Assembly (NCBI GenBank): GCA_977016875.1
Contig: CDRNST010000020.1
Span: 5,766,001-5,830,000, forward strand
Reading direction: 5' to 3'
Origin: Pavona decussata
Lineage: Eukaryota
DNA length: 64,000 nt
This document shows positions 61,800-64,000 of this stretch, one piece after another. The notes beneath the pieces were generated by a model. That model searched no databases. It saw only the letters and a program-made list of their open reading frames with translations, and was not told where the DNA came from. The translations under genes and the position numbers were made by a program. How positions within the stretch are numbered: position 1 is the stretch's first letter; each line of letters begins with the position of its first letter.

Positions 61800-62683
61800 A
61801 CTCTCCAAGAAATGGCTTCCACTTTCATTGTTTAAATTCTAAACGAGCATGACTGGACAGCTTGCCCTTAAATACAATGTTGAAGAACCAGGCCAATTCA
61901 TTCCTTTAGTTAGATTTGTGTTCTCAGCCTCGAAAGTAAACTCTGGAAAGGGAAGATTTTGTAAGGCCAAACGATTGTGTAATGCTACCAGCAACCTTTT
62001 GAAAGAAATGTGGCTACAGTCATCTTGAACACTCTCCATTGATCTGCTAAGGAAAGTAATAAATTCCACGGTCTTCTCGCTGCATTTCCCAAACCTGATG
62101 TCTTTCAGTGCAATAAGAAATTCTTCGTGTCTTTGGCAAAGGACATCTGTTAGCTTGTAGCGGTGTGTTATGGCGCTTTGGAATACTGACGAATGGAACA
62201 TAAATAACCCCTCATCTAAATCGTTTGGAACGGCACGTAATTGCAGAAACTCTCCAACAAGAATCACTTGCTTTCCAGCAAAGGGACGATTACACTGAGA
62301 TTCACTTAGGCACTGGTGTATGGCATTAACCAGTTCAAGCATAGGCTGACTTGACATGCTTGCTTCGTCCCAAATCAATACACCGCTTCTTCTTATTGAA
62401 TCGATAACCCCACTAATTTTTGTTGACCTCTCGACAAGCTGTCCCCAAGGTATGTCGGCAATTCCTACACTATAATACGAATTCACGGTCGACGCGACCC
62501 CAGGATCGTACACTCTGCGTGCTATACCAGTAAAACATACAACAGATACCCTTTTACCAACTGCATGGAGATTGTTGATTATTTCTCTACGTCAGTTCTT
62601 CCTTGGCCAGTAACAAACAAATTATGTCCTTTGGAGGCTAAGCTTACTATCTTCGCTTGTCCATGTGATAACTGAACGATCAT
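61800..62683 (-). pseudogene. PIF1-family helicase, degraded and C-terminally truncated
   Basis: HNLFVTGQGRT (broken Walker A), STVNSYYSVG, LIWDEASM, PFAGKQVILVGEFLQL, LKDIRFG, PVMLV. Confidence 0.85.
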
Positions 62684-63849
62684 ACTGACGAATAACTTAA
62701 ATCTTTCTCAAACAAACGCTAAAAGTAAGAGATCACAGTTTGCTGATTTCAAGTTACTTTGGAAGACGGAGATGGATACTGATTAATCTCAGTTGTGAAT
62801 TCTGTCAAATATTCCGAGAAATAACACATTATAACACGGGAAGGTTGAGATTATAACAAGAATTTGGTGAAAAAAAGGTGCGAAACACGAAGCTAATGAA
62901 ATAAACAACACTGCAAGCGCTCTAAAATGGACATTTACTTTGGATAACACGAGCAAGAATTGGTGAAAACATAATAAAGATTAAGGTAATAAAAACATAC
63001 AATGAGGGTAGACATAAATCAGCAAACATTTTATTCACAACGATTAGTCCTTTGTTGTGTATAACAGCTCATTTCCGGTGTTCATCCGCACTTTAAACAT
63101 CCATTTCCCTCAAGTCAACTGTGATACTTTTTTCTAATGTGGGGGATATCTCTGACCTTTGCAGCGTTTCGGAGAGGAATCACGTTCATTTTCGAGTGGT
63201 CCTTTCGCCTTTGACAACATTTTTTTGTATTTCAATGAAAACCTTGCAGAACATTGACAATATTCAAACTTTGCTGTCTGGTTTGTCTTTTGATGTCCTG
63301 TCACTTCGCCTCGCTATGCCATTGGTCGCTCGTAACAATGGAGCTGTCCAAGATGCCGCTGTGGGGATGGGGTAAGTGCTGTACATGAAATCACTGTACC
63401 CCATCGGGTGGAGTTAATTTCATCTCGAACCCAAGCTTAGTGACCATTTTCAAAATCATCAGGTCTTGGAGAAAAGACGCCATCGGGGAATCAGAAGCAG
63501 AAAATGCTCATTTTCAGCCAAGTGAGTGGGAATTTTTGACAATGACACATTCACCGAGATTTGCAAATGATGGGGCTTTAGCTTTGTGTGAAAAAATCGC
63601 GACTGGGATGGATTTTCAAGGTGTAAACTGCCTCTGAGTGGACTACGTGAGCTTACGGTCGAAATCTTAGTGTGCTGCCTTGACTCCGTCTTATGACGGA
63701 AATGACAGTGATTTTAAAGAATGCCCCAAACGGTAAAATAGCCACTAACCACACAAAAATACTCCAGAGTTGAGTCAGTTTTATTCATTTTATTGAATGC
63801 GTGTTAAATTTAGCGTTTTCTCTAGCGTTACAATCGGGTGTATATTATT

Positions 63850-63987
63850 TCCCATACAAAGTCTTATAACGCGTTTAAATTTTCAACAGCTGGCTGTCAC
63901 CCAATACCACTTGCACTCAAAGGTCATCGTCCCACTAGTTATTAATTATCACACACTCTCTAGTGACGCAAACTTGGGCTGCCTATG
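63850..63987 (-). mobile_element. Transposon terminus of a CA(C/T)AGG(C/T)AGCCCAAG family
   Basis: Reverse complement reads CATAGGCAGCCCAAG...TTGTATGGGA; related termini lie at 14005 and 20332 on the plus strand. Confidence 0.55.
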
Positions 63988-64000
63988 CTGGCACCCTCAT

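Noticed and set aside
61800-62683. Host PIF1 gene or Helitron Rep-Hel
   Set aside because: Broken Walker A, stop codons, missing C-terminal motifs and no adjacent HUH Rep domain.

Overview
AT-rich eukaryotic (metazoan) genomic DNA. The repeat repertoire looks cnidarian, probably a stony coral (inference from memory of these repeat families, not a search). The first ~8 kb hold two divergent host genes: the 5' end of an acyl-CoA oxidase (minus strand, continuing off the left edge) and a complete two-exon CLN3/battenin-like membrane protein (plus strand). From ~8 kb on I find no further host coding gene. Instead there are MITEs and then a ~45-kb nested mosaic of transposon pieces: Harbinger, hAT-like elements with 5-bp TSDs, a Helentron derivative encoding a 2A (DVEKNPGP)-OTU polyprotein, R4/Dong-like pieces in (TAA)n, SINEs, DIRS/Ngaro pieces, a CMC/RAG1-like transposase fragment, a near-intact Kolobok transposon, a near-intact CR1/L2-group LINE inside a Tx1 LINE, a Sola2-like transposase and a PIF1 helicase pseudogene. 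Most orientable TE pieces are on the minus strand, downstream of two apparently non-coding plus-strand exons near 15.9-16.1 kb. This resembles a uni-strand (flamenco-like) piRNA cluster, but a long intron would look similar. Family names come from motif recognition by eye and need database confirmation.
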